This document shows positions 50,401 through 62,805 of a stretch of DNA of 64,000 bases, in pieces (position 1 is the stretch's first letter; every line of letters starts with the position of its first letter). The translations under genes and the position numbers were made by a program. Source of the DNA: Macrostomum hystrix (Eukaryota; Animalia; Platyhelminthes). A model generated the notes under the pieces. That model was not told the origin of the DNA. It did no database searches and saw only the letters and a list, made by a program, of their open reading frames with translations. The DNA lies in NCBI GenBank assembly GCA_950097015.1, contig CATNEN010000002.1, forward strand, positions 7,130,001-7,194,000. The letters are read 5' to 3'.

Positions 50401-53400
50401 TTTAGCCATGATTCAGACTCTGGTTTAGCCATGATTCAGACTCTGGTTTAGCCATGATTCAGACTCTGGTTTAGCTATGATTCAAACTCTGGTTTAGCCA
50501 TGATTCAGACTCTGGTTTAGCCTTGATTCAGACTCTGGTTTAGCCATGATTCAGACTCTGGTTTAGCCATGATTCAGACTCTGGTTTAGCCATGATTCAG
50601 ACTCTGGTGTAGCCATGATTCAGACTCTGGTTTAGCCTTGATTCAGACTCTGGTTTAGCCATGATTCAGACTCTGGTTTAGCCATGATTCAGACTCTGGT
50701 TTAGCCATGATTCAGACTCTGGTGTAGCCATGATTCAGACTCTGGTTTAGCCATGATTCAGACTCTGGTTTAGCCTTGATTCAGACTCTGGTTTAGCCAT
50801 GATTCAGACTCTGGTTTAGCCATGATTCAGACTCTGGTTTAGCCATGATTCAGACTCTGGTGTAGCCATGATTCAGACTCTGGTTTAGCCTTGATTCAGA
50901 CTCTGGTTTAGCCATGATTCAGACTCTGGTTTAGCCATGATTCAGACTCTGGTTTAGCCATGATTCAGACTCTGGTGTAGCCATGATTCAGACTCTGCAT
51001 GGTTTAGCCATGATCCAGACTCTGATTTAGCCATGATTCAGACTCTGGTTTAGCCATGATTCAGACTCTGGTGTAGCCATGATTCAGACTCTGGTTTAGC
51101 CATGATTCAGACTCTGGTTTAGCTATGATTCAAACTCTGGTTTAGCCATGATTCAGACTCTGGTTTAGCCATGATTCAGACTCTGGTTTAGCCATGATTC
51201 AAACTCTGGTTTAGCCATGATTCAGACTCTGGTTTAGCCATGATTCAGACTCTGGTTTAGCTATGATTCAAACTCTGGTTTAGCCATGATTCAGACTCTG
51301 GTTTAGCCATGATTCAGACTCTGGTGTAGCCATGATTCAGACTCTGGTTTAGCTATGATTCAAACTCTGGTTTAGCCATGATTCAGACTCTGGTTTAGCC
51401 ATGATTCAGACTCTGGTGTAGCCATGATTCAGACTCTGGTTTAGCCATGATTCAGACTCTGGTTTAGCCTTGATTCAGACTCTGGTTTAGCCATGATTCA
51501 GACTCTGGTGTAGCCATGATTCAGACTCTGGTTTAGCCATGATTCAGACTCTGGTGTAGCCATGATTCAGACTCTGGTTTAGCCATGATCCAGACTCTGG
51601 TTTAGCCTTGATTCAGACTCTGGTTTAGCCATGATTCAAACTCTGTTTTAGCCGGTGTGCTATGATTTATGATATTTTATTTACGAAATGAAAAAAATAA
51701 TATAAAATAGTCTTCAATCACTACTGGCTGAAAATTAGTCTAAATGATTTGATGCAGTGCAGAATCGAACCCTAGCCTAGCCTAACCTATTCCTAGTGCC
51801 TACACATCGGCTATTCCGACTGTTGGTTAGTGGGTGCAAAAATCAGCCTTATAAAATGAATTCTCAAAGTTCTGGCTTTGTACAATGAAGTAAGAAAATA
51901 GAGTACACTCAGTCTTGCGGTTGGTTGTGTACATTTATTTCCAATTTGTCTCCAGAGTGCAGGCTTCAAATTCAATCAGCTAGGGGTTGTTGCGCAATTT
52001 GACGATGCAATTCTAATTCAGTGGCAGTGAGTAAAATTCTCAATAGGCCAAGATGGTTTGACCTTTGAAAAATCATGTTTTTCGAATATTTAATCCCTTT
52101 AGCAATAAAGTTAAGCTTAATAAAAATACGTGTATAATTGTCCCCATATTTAGCATCTTTTGGTGAAGAAATTGTGAAAATCGGTTGAGCCGTTCGGGAG
52201 AAAATCAATTACAACCAAGCAAGCATTTCATTTTTAGTATAGTGGCCATGATTCAGACTCTGGTTTAGCCATGATTCAAACTCTGTTTTAGCTATGATTC
52301 AAACTCTGGTTTTGCCATGATTCAGACGCTTGTTTAGCTATGATTCAAACTCTGGTTTAGCTATGAGCCATGATTCAGACTCTGGTGTAGCCATGAATCA
52401 GACTCTGGTTTAGCCATGATTCAAACTCTGGTTTAGCTATGATTTAAACTCTGGTTTTGCCATGATTCAAACTCTGGTTTAGCCATGATTCAGACTCTGG
52501 TTTAGCTATGATTCAGACTCTGGTGTAGCCATGATTCAGACTCTGGTTTAGCCATGATTCAGACTCTGGTTTAGCCTTGATTCAGACTCTGGTTTAGCCA
52601 TGATTCAGACTCTGGTTTAGCCTTGATTCAGACTCTGGTTTAGCCATGATTCAGACTCTGGTTTAGCCATGATTCAGACTCTGGTGTAGCCATGATTCAG
52701 ACTCTGGTTTAGCCATGATTCAGACTCTGGTTTAGCTATGATTCAAACTCTGGTTTAGCCATGATTCAGACTCTGGTTTAGCTATGATTCAGACTCTGGT
52801 TTAGCCATGATTCAGACTCTGGTTTAGCCATGATTCAGACTCTGGTTTAGCCATGATTCAGACTCTGGTGTAGCCATGATTCAGACTCTGGTTTAGCCTT
52901 GATTCAGACTCTGGTTTAGCCATGATTCAGACTCTGGTTTAGCCATGATTCAGACTCTGGTTTAGCCATGATTCAGACTCTGGTGTAGCCATGATTCAGA
53001 CTCTGCATGGTTTAGCCATGATCCAGACTCTGATTTAGCCATGATTCAGACTCTGGTTTAGCCATGATTCAGACTCTGGTGTAGCCATGATTCAGACTCT
53101 GGTTTAGCCATGATTCAGACTCTGGTTTAGCTATGATTCAAACTCTGGTTTAGCCATGATTCAGACTCTGGTTTAGCCATGATTCAGACTCTGGTTTAGC
53201 CATGATTCAAACTCTGGTTTAGCCATGATTCAGACTCTGGTGTAGCCATGATTCAGACTCTGGTTTAGCTATGATTCAAACTCTGGTTTAGCCATGATTC
53301 AGACTCTGGTTTAGCCATGATTCAGACTCTGGTGTAGCCATGATTCAGACTCTGGTTTAGCTATGATTCAAACTCTGGTTTAGCCATGATTCAGACTCTG

Positions 53401-56400
53401 GTTTAGCCATGATTCAGACTCTGGTGTAGCCATGATTCAGACTCTGGTTTAGCCATGATTCAGACTCTGGTTTAGCCTTGATTCAGACTCTGGTTTAGCC
53501 ATGATTCAGACTCTGGTGTAGCCATGATTCAGACTCTGGTTTAGCCATGATTCAGACTCTGGTGTAGCCATGATTCAGACTCTGGTTTAGCCATGATCCA
53601 GACTCTGGTTTAGCCTTGATTCAGACTCTGGTTTAGCCATGATTCAAACTCTGTTTTAGCCGGTGTGCTATGATTTATGATATTTTATTTACGAAATGAA
53701 AAAAATAATATAAAATAGTCTTCAATCACTACTGGCTGAAAATTAGTCTAAATGATTTGATGCAGTGCAGAATCGAACCCTAGCCTAGCCTAACCTATTC
53801 CTAGTGCCTACACATCGGCTATTCCGACTGTTGGTTAGTGGGTGCAAAAATCAGCCTTATAAAATGAATTCTCAAAGTTCTGGCTTTGTACAATGAAGTA
53901 AGAAAATAGAGTACACTCAGTCTTGCGGTTGGTTGTGTACATTTATTTCCAATTTGTCTCCAGAGTGCAGGCTTCAAATTCAATCAGCTAGGGGTTGTTG
54001 CGCAATTTGACGATGCAATTCTAATTCAGTGGCAGTGAGTAAAATTCTCAATAGGCCAAGATGGTTTGACCTTTGAAAAATCATGTTTTTCGAATATTTA
54101 ATCCCTTTAGCAATAAAGTTAAGCTTAATAAAAATACGTGTATAATTGTCCCCATATTTAGCATCTTTTGGTGAAGAAATTGTGAAAATCGGTTGAGCCG
54201 TTCGGGAGAAAATCAATTACAACCAAGCAAGCATTTCATTTTTAGTATAGTGGCCATGATTCAGACTCTGGTTTAGCCATGATTCAAACTCTGTTTTAGC
54301 TATGATTCAAACTCTGGTTTTGCCATGATTCAGACGCTTGTTTAGCTATGATTCAAACTCTGGTTTAGCTATGAGCCATGATTCAGACTCTGGTGTAGCC
54401 ATGAATCAGACTCTGGTTTAGCCATGATTCAAACTCTGGTTTAGCTATGATTTAAACTCTGGTTTTGCCATGATTCAAACTCTGGTTTAGCCATGATTCA
54501 GACTCTGGTTTAGCTATGATTCAGACTCTGGTGTAGCCATGATTCAGACTCTGGTTTAGCCATGATTCAGACTCTGGTTTAGCCTTGATTCAGACTCTGG
54601 TGTAGCCATGATTCAGACTCTGGTTTAGCCTTGATTCAGACTCTGGTTTAGCCATGATTCAGACTCTGGTTTAGCCATGATTCAGACTCTGGTTTAGCCA
54701 TGATTCAGACTCTGGTTTAGCTATGATTCAAACTCTGGTTTAGCCATGATTCAGACTCTGGTTTAGCCTTGATTCAGACTCTGGTTTAGCCATGATTCAG
54801 ACTCTGGTTTAGCCATGATTCAGACTCTGGTTTAGCCATGATTCAGACTCTGGTGTAGCCATGATTCAGACTCTGGTTTAGCCTTGATTCAGACTCTGGT
54901 TTAGCCATGATTCAGACTCTGGTTTAGCCATGATTCAGACTCTGGTTTAGCCATGATTCAGACTCTGGTGTAGCCATGATTCAGACTCTGCATGGTTTAG
55001 CCATGATCCAGACTCTGATTTAGCCATGATTCAGACTCTGGTTTAGCCATGATTCAGACTCTGGTGTAGCCATGATTCAGACTCTGGTTTAGCCATGATT
55101 CAGACTCTGGTTTAGCTATGATTCAAACTCTTGTTTAGCCATGATTCAGACTCTGGTTTAGCCTTGATTCAGACTCTGGTTTAGCCATGATTCAAACTCT
55201 GGTTTAGCCATGATTCAGACTCTGGTGTAGCCATGATTCAGACTCTGGTTTAGCTATGATTCAAACTCTGGTTTAGCCATGATTCAGACTCTGGTTTAGC
55301 CATGATTCAGACTCTGGTGTAGCCATGATTCAGACTCTGGTTTAGCTATGATTCAAACTCTGGTTTAGCCATGATTCAGACTCTGGTTTAGCCATGATTC
55401 AGACTCTGGTGTAGCCATGATTCAGACTCTGGTTTAGCCATGATTCAGACTCTGGTTTAGCCTTGATTCAGACTCTGGTTTAGCCATGATTCAGACTCTG
55501 GTGTAGCCATGATTCAGACTCTGGTTTAGCCATGATTCAGACTCTGGTGTAGCCATGATTCAGACTCTGGTTTAGCCATGATCCAGACTCTGGTTTAGCC
55601 TTGATTCAGACTCTGGTTTAGCCATGATTCAAACTCTGTTTTAGCCGGTGTGCTATGATTTATGATATTTTATTTACGAAATGAAAAAAATAATATAAAA
55701 TAGTCTTCAATCACTACTGGCTGAAAATTAGTCTAAATGATTTGATGCAGTGCAGAATCGAACCCTAGCCTAGCCTAACCTATTCCTAGTGCCTACACAT
55801 CGGCTATTCCGACTGTTGGTTAGTGGGTGCAAAAATCAGCCTTATAAAATGAATTCTCAAAGTTCTGGCTTTGTACAATGAAGTAAGAAAATAGAGTACA
55901 CTCAGTCTTGCGGTTGGTTGTGTACATTTATTTCCAATTTGTCTCCAGAGTGCAGGCTTCAAATTCAATCAGCTAGGGGTTGTTGCGCAATTTGACGATG
56001 CAATTCTAATTCAGTGGCAGTGAGTAAAATTCTCAATAGGCCAAGATGGTTTGACCTTTGAAAAATCATGTTTTTCGAATATTTAATCCCTTTAGCAATA
56101 AAGTTAAGCTTAATAAAAATACGTGTATAATTGTCCCCATATTTAGCATCTTTTGGTGAAGAAATTGTGAAAATCGGTTGAGCCGTTCGGGAGAAAATCA
56201 ATTACAACCAAGCAAGCATTTCATTTTTAGTATAGTGGCCATGATTCAGACTCTGGTTTAGCCATGATTCAAACTCTGTTTTAGCTATGATTCAAACTCT
56301 GGTTTTGCCATGATTCAGACGCTTGTTTAGCTATGATTCAAACTCTGGTTTAGCTATGAGCCATGATTCAGACTCTGGTGTAGCCATGAATCAGACTCTG

Positions 56401-59400
56401 GTTTAGCCATGATTCAAACTCTGGTTTAGCTATGATTTAAACTCTGGTTTTGCCATGATTCAAACTCTGGTTTAGCCATGATTCAGACTCTGGTTTAGCT
56501 ATGATTCAGACTCTGGTGTAGCCATGATTCAGACTCTGGTTTAGCCATGATTCAGACTCTGGTTTAGCCTTGATTCAGACTCTGGTGTAGCCATGATTCA
56601 GACTCTGGTTTAGCCTTGATTCAGACTCTGGTTTAGCCATGATTCAGACTCTGGTTTAGCCATGATTCAGACTCTGGTTTAGCCATGATTCAGACTCTGG
56701 TTTAGCTATGATTCAAACTCTGGTTTAGCCATGATTCAGACTCTGGTTTAGCCTTGATTCAGACTCTGGTTTAGCCATGATTCAGACTCTGGTTTAGCCA
56801 TGATTCAGACTCTGGTTTAGCCATGATTCAGACTCTGGTGTAGCCATGATTCAGACTCTGGTTTAGCCTTGATTCAGACTCTGGTTTAGCCATGATTCAG
56901 ACTCTGGTTTAGCCATGATTCAGACTCTGGTTTAGCCATGATTCAGACTCTGGTGTAGCCATGATTCAGACTCTGCATGGTTTAGCCATGATCCAGACTC
57001 TGATTTAGCCATGATTCAGACTCTGGTTTAGCCATGATTCAGACTCTGGTGTAGCCATGATTCAGACTCTGGTTTAGCCATGATTCAGACTCTGGTTTAG
57101 CTATGATTCAAACTCTGGTTTAGCCATGATTCAGACTCTGGTTTAGCCTTGATTCAGACTCTGGTTTAGCCATGATTCAAACTCTGGTTTAGCCATGATT
57201 CAGACTCTGGTGTAGCCATGATTCAGACTCTGGTTTAGCTATGATTCAAACTCTGGTTTAGCCATGATTCAGACTCTGGTTTAGCCATGATTCAGACTCT
57301 GGTGTAGCCATGATTCAGACTCTGGTTTAGCTATGATTCAAACTCTGGTTTAGCCATGATTCAGACTCTGGTTTAGCCATGATTCAGACTCTGGTGTAGC
57401 CATGATTCAGACTCTGGTTTAGCCATGATTCAGACTCTGGTTTAGCCTTGATTCAGACTCTGGTTTAGCCATGATTCAGACTCTGGTGTAGCCATGATTC
57501 AGACTCTGGTTTAGCCATGATTCAGACTCTGGTGTAGCCATGATTCAGACTCTGGTTTAGCCATGATCCAGACTCTGGTTTAGCCTTGATTCAGACTCTG
57601 GTTTAGCCATGATTCAAACTCTGTTTTAGCCGGTGTGCTATGATTTATGATATTTTATTTACGAAATGAAAAAAATAATATAAAATAGTCTTCAATCACT
57701 ACTGGCTGAAAATTAGTCTAAATGATTTGATGCAGTGCAGAATCGAACCCTAGCCTAGCCTAACCTATTCCTAGTGCCTACACATCGGCTATTCCGACTG
57801 TTGGTTAGTGGGTGCAAAAATCAGCCTTATAAAATGAATTCTCAAAGTTCTGGCTTTGTACAATGAAGTAAGAAAATAGAGTACACTCAGTCTTGCGGTT
57901 GGTTGTGTACATTTATTTCCAATTTGTCTCCAGAGTGCAGGCTTCAAATTCAATCAGCTAGGGGTTGTTGCGCAATTTGACGATGCAATTCTAATTCAGT
58001 GGCAGTGAGTAAAATTCTCAATAGGCCAAGATGGTTTGACCTTTGAAAAATCATGTTTTTCGAATATTTAATCCCTTTAGCAATAAAGTTAAGCTTAATA
58101 AAAATACGTGTATAATTGTCCCCATATTTAGCATCTTTTGGTGAAGAAATTGTGAAAATCGGTTGAGCCGTTCGGGAGAAAATCAATTACAACCAAGCAA
58201 GCATTTCATTTTTAGTATAGTGGCCATGATTCAGACTCTGGTTTAGCCATGATTCAAACTCTGTTTTAGCTATGATTCAAACTCTGGTTTTGCCATGATT
58301 CAGACGCTTGTTTAGCTATGATTCAAACTCTGGTTTAGCTATGAGCCATGATTCAGACTCTGGTGTAGCCATGAATCAGACTCTGGTTTAGCCATGATTC
58401 AAACTCTGGTTTAGCTATGATTTAAACTCTGGTTTTGCCATGATTCAAACTCTGGTTTAGCCATGATTCAGACTCTGGTTTAGCTATGATTCAGACTCTG
58501 GTGTAGCCATGATTCAGACTCTGGTTTAGCCATGATTCAGACTCTGGTTTAGCCTTGATTCAGACTCTGGTTTAGCCATGATTCAGACTCTGGTTTAGCC
58601 TTGATTCAGACTCTGGTTTAGCCATGATTCAGACTCTGGTTTAGCCATGATTCAGACTCTGGTTTAGCCATGATTCAGACTCTGGTTTAGCTATGATTCA
58701 AACTCTGGTTTAGCCATGATTCAGACTCTGGTTTAGCCTTGATTCAGACTCTGGTTTAGCCATGATTCAGACTCTGGTTTAGCCATGATTCAGACTCTGG
58801 TTTAGCCATGATTCAGACTCTGGTGTAGCCATGATTCAGACTCTGGTTTAGCCTTGATTCAGACTCTGGTTTAGCCATGATTCAGACTCTGGTTTAGCCA
58901 TGATTCAGACTCTGGTTTAGCCATGATTCAGACTCTGGTGTAGCCATGATTCAGACTCTGCATGGTTTAGCCATGATCCAGACTCTGATTTAGCCATGAT
59001 TCAGACTCTGGTTTAGCCATGATTCAGACTCTGGTGTAGCCATGATTCAGACTCTGGTTTAGCCATGATTCAGACTCTGGTTTAGCTATGATTCAAACTC
59101 TGGTTTAGCCATGATTCAGACTCTGGTTTAGCCATGATTCAGACTCTGGTTTAGCCATGATTCAAACTCTGGTTTAGCCATGATTCAGACTCTGGTGTAG
59201 CCATGATTCAGACTCTGGTTTAGCTATGATTCAAACTCTGGTTTAGCCATGATTCAGACTCTGGTTTAGCCATGATTCAGACTCTGGTGTAGCCATGATT
59301 CAGACTCTGGTTAAGCTATGATTCAAACTCTGGTTTAGCCATGATTCAGACTCTGGTTTAGCCATGATTCAGACTCTGGTGTAGCCATGATTCAGACTCT

Positions 59401-60462
59401 GGTTTAGCCATGATTCAAACTCTGGTTTAGCCATGATTCAGACTCTGGTGTAGCCATGATTCAGACTCTGGTTTAGCTATGATTCAAACTCTGGTTTAGC
59501 CATGATTCAGACTCTGGTTTAGCCATGATTCAGACTCTGGTGTAGCCATGATTCAGACTCTGGTTTAGCTATGATTCAAACTCTGGTTTAGCCATGATTC
59601 AGACTCTGGTTTAGCCATGATTCAGACTCTGGTGTAGCCATGATTCAGACTCTGGTTTAGCCATGATTCAGACTCTGGTTTAGCCTTGATTCAGACTCTG
59701 GTTTAGCCATGATTCAGACTCTGGTGTAGCCATGATTCAGACTCTGGTTTAGCCATGATTCAGACTCTGGTGTAGCCATGATTCAGACTCTGGTTTAGCC
59801 ATGATCCAGACTCTGGTTTAGCCTTGATTCAGACTCTGGTTTAGCCATGATTCAAACTCTGTTTTAGCCGGTGTGCTATGATTTATGATATTTTATTTAC
59901 GAAATGAAAAAAATAATATAAAATAGTCTTCAATCACTACTGGCTGAAAATTAGTCTAAATGATTTGATGCAGTGCAGAATCGAACCCTAGCCTAGCCTA
60001 ACCTATTCCTAGTGCCTACACATCGGCTATTCCGACTGTTGGTTAGTGGGTGCAAAAATCAGCCTTATAAAATGAATTCTCAAAGTTCTGGCTTTGTACA
60101 ATGAAGTAAGAAAATAGAGTACACTCAGTCTTGCGGTTGGTTGTGTACATTTATTTCCAATTTGTCTCCAGAGTGCAGGCTTCAAATTCAATCAGCTAGG
60201 GGTTGTTGCGCAATTTGACGATGCAATTCTAATTCAGTGGCAGTGAGTAAAATTCTCAATAGGCCAAGATGGTTTGACCTTTGAAAAATCATGTTTTTCG
60301 AATATTTAATCCCTTTAGCAATAAAGTTAAGCTTAATAAAAATACGTGTATAATTGTCCCCATATTTAGCATCTTTTGGTGAAGAAATGGTGAAAATCGG
60401 TTGAGCCGTTCGGGAGAAAATCAATTACAACCAAGCAAGCATTTCATTTTTAGTATAGTGGA
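47455..60462. repeat. Higher-order repeat: 23-bp minisatellite (GCCATGATTCAGACTCTGGTTTA)n blocks alternating with six copies of a ~593-bp segment
   Basis: The segment copies lie at ~49415-50007, 51653-52245, 53661-54253, 55646-56238, 57631-58223 and 59869-60462. Spacings are 2238, 2008, 1985, 1985 and 2238, all differing by multiples of 23. Confidence 0.95.
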
Positions 60463-62805
60463 CTAGCTGCCCTTCGCTACCCTCTGGGTAGCCTACCTTG
60501 AGTTCTTATCTTATCAGTGCGTTATCAAAATGATGCAATCATTAAAATTGGCACTGGAGGCCTCACTGTGCACAAGCTGAAAACAAGAATGCATTAGAAA
60601 AGCCTATTTAAAACTGTTTTTCGAATATTTAATCCCCTTGGCAATGGAATTAAGCTTAATAAAAATACGTGTACCGATTCCAGCCCAATTGCGATCTTTT
60701 AGTGAAGGAATTTTGAAAATCGGTTGAGCCGTTCGGGAGCTAGTCGATTGCAAACATACAAACATACAAACATACAAGATTTTCATTTTTAGTATATTAG
60801 ACTAGCTGCCTTCGCTACCCTCTGGGTAGCCTCCCTGTGAGTTCTTATCAGTACGCGCGTGCGTTATCAAAACTGGCTCTGATGCAATCATTAAATTTGG
60901 CACTGGAGGCCTCACTGTGCACAAGCTGAAAACAAGAATGCATTATAAAAGCCTATTTAAAACAGTTTTTCGAATATTTAATCCCCTTGGCAATGGAATT
61001 AAGCTTAATAAAAATACGTGTACCGATTCCGGCCCAATTGCGATGTTTTAGTGAAAGAATTTTGAAAATCGGTTGAGCCGTTCGGGAGCTAGTCGATTGC
61101 AAACATACAAACATACAAGATTTTCATTTTTAGTATATAAGACTAGCTGCCTTCGCTACCCTCTGGGTAGCCTCACTTGAGTTCTTATCAGTGCGTTATC
61201 AAAATTGGCTCTGATGCAATCATTAAAATTGGCACTGGAGCCTCACTGTGCACAAGCTGAAAACAAGAATGCATTAGAAAAGCCTATTTAAAACTGTTTT
61301 TCGAATATTTAATCCCCTTGGCAATGGAATTAAGCTTAATAAAAATACGTGTACCGATTCCAGCCCAATTGCGATCTTTTAGTGAAAGAATTTCGAAAAT
61401 CGGTTGAGCCGTTCGGGAGCTAGTCGATTGCAAACATACAAGCAAGCAAGATTTTCATTTTTAGTATATTAGACTAGCTGCCTTCGCTACCCTCTGGGTA
61501 GCCTCCCTGTGAGTTCTTATCAGTACGCGCGTGCGTTATCAAAACTGGCTCTGATGCAATCATTAAATTTGGCACTGGAGGCCTCACTGTGCACAAGCTG
61601 AAAACAAGAATGCATTATAAAAGCCTATTTAAAACAGTTTTTCGAATATTTAATCCCCTTGGCAATGGAATTAAGCTTAATAAAAATACGTGTACCGATT
61701 CCGGCCCAATTGCGATGTTTTAGTGAAAGAATTTTGAAAATCGGTTGAGCCGTTCGGGAGCTAGTCGATTGCAAACATACAAACATACAAGATTTTCATT
61801 TTTAGTATATAAGACTAGCTGCCTTCGCTACCCTCTGGGTAGCCTCACTGGAGTTCTTATCAGTTCGTTATCAAAACTGGCTCTGATGCAATCATAAAAA
61901 TTGGCACTGGAGCCTCACTGTGCACAAGCTGAAAACAAGAATGCATTAGAAAAGCCTATTTAAAACTGTTTTTCGAATATTTAATCCCCTCTGCAATGGA
62001 ATTAAGCTTAATAAAATTACGTGTACCGATTCCGGCCCAATTGTGATATTTTGGCGAAGGAATTGTGAAAATCGGTTAAGCCGTTCGGGAGCTAGTCGAT
62101 TGCAAACAAGCAAGCAAGATTTTCATTTTTAGTATATTAGACTAGCTGCCTTCGCTACCCTCTGGGTAGCCTCCCTGTGAGTTCTTATCAGTACGCGCGT
62201 GCGTTATCAAAACTGGCTCTGATGCAATCATTAAAATTGGCACTGGAGGCCTCACTGTGCACAAGCTGAAAACAAGAATGCATTAGAAAAGCCTATTTAA
62301 AACTGTTTTTCGAATATTTAATCCCCTTGCCAATGGAATTAAGCTTAATAAAATTACGTGTACCGATTCCGGCCCATTTGTGATCTTTTGGCGAAGGAAT
62401 TGCGAAAATCGGTTGAGCCGTTCGGGAGCTAGTCGATTGCAAACAAGCAAGCAAGATTTTCATTTTTAGTATATTAGACTAGCTGCCTTCGCTACCCTCT
62501 GGGTAGCCTCACTGGAGTTCTTATCAGTTCGTTATCAAAACTGGCTCTGATGCAATCATTAAAGTTGGCACTGGAGCCTCACTGTGCACAAGCTGAAAAC
62601 AAGAATGCATTAGAAAAGCCTATTTAAAACTGTTTTTCGAATATTTAATCCCCTTGGCAATGGAATTAACCTTAATAAAAATACGTGTACCGATTCCGGC
62701 CCATTTGTGATCTTTTGGCGAAGGAATTGCGAAAATCGGTTGAGCCGTTCGGGAGCTAGTCGATTGCAAACAAGCAAGCAAGATTTTCATTTTTAGTATA
62801 TTAGA
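60463..62805 (-). mobile_element. Tandem array of seven ~335-bp non-autonomous mini-Helitrons
   Basis: Units begin (plus strand CTAG) at 60463, 60802, 61143, 61474, 61815, 62142 and 62479. On the minus strand each reads TCT(A/T)ATATACTAAAAATG...GCTACCC-AGA-GGGTAGC hairpin, GAAGGCAG, CTAG. Each contains a (CAAACATA/CAAG)n microsatellite near its 5' end. Confidence 0.85.

Larger units (their letters stand above)
46380..60462 (-). mobile_element. Large non-autonomous Helitron (element A) inflated by internal tandem repeats
   Basis: On the minus strand it starts TCCACTATACTAAAAATG (60462) and ends GCTCCCC-GAA-GGGGGGC hairpin + AAAACTTG + CTAG|T (46380). No Rep/helicase ORF is present. Confidence 0.75.

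Noticed and set aside
49734-60424. Six identical 78-aa ORFs (MIFSRTAQP...)
   Set aside because: They start at alternative codons (TTG, or ATG in two copies) inside the repeated Helitron 5' segment and have no domain features; they are a by-product of the repeat.
47455-60462. CRISPR-like repeat/spacer appearance
   Set aside because: The 23-bp units are contiguous, and the interspersed ~593-bp segments are identical copies rather than unique spacers. The context is eukaryotic and there are no cas genes.
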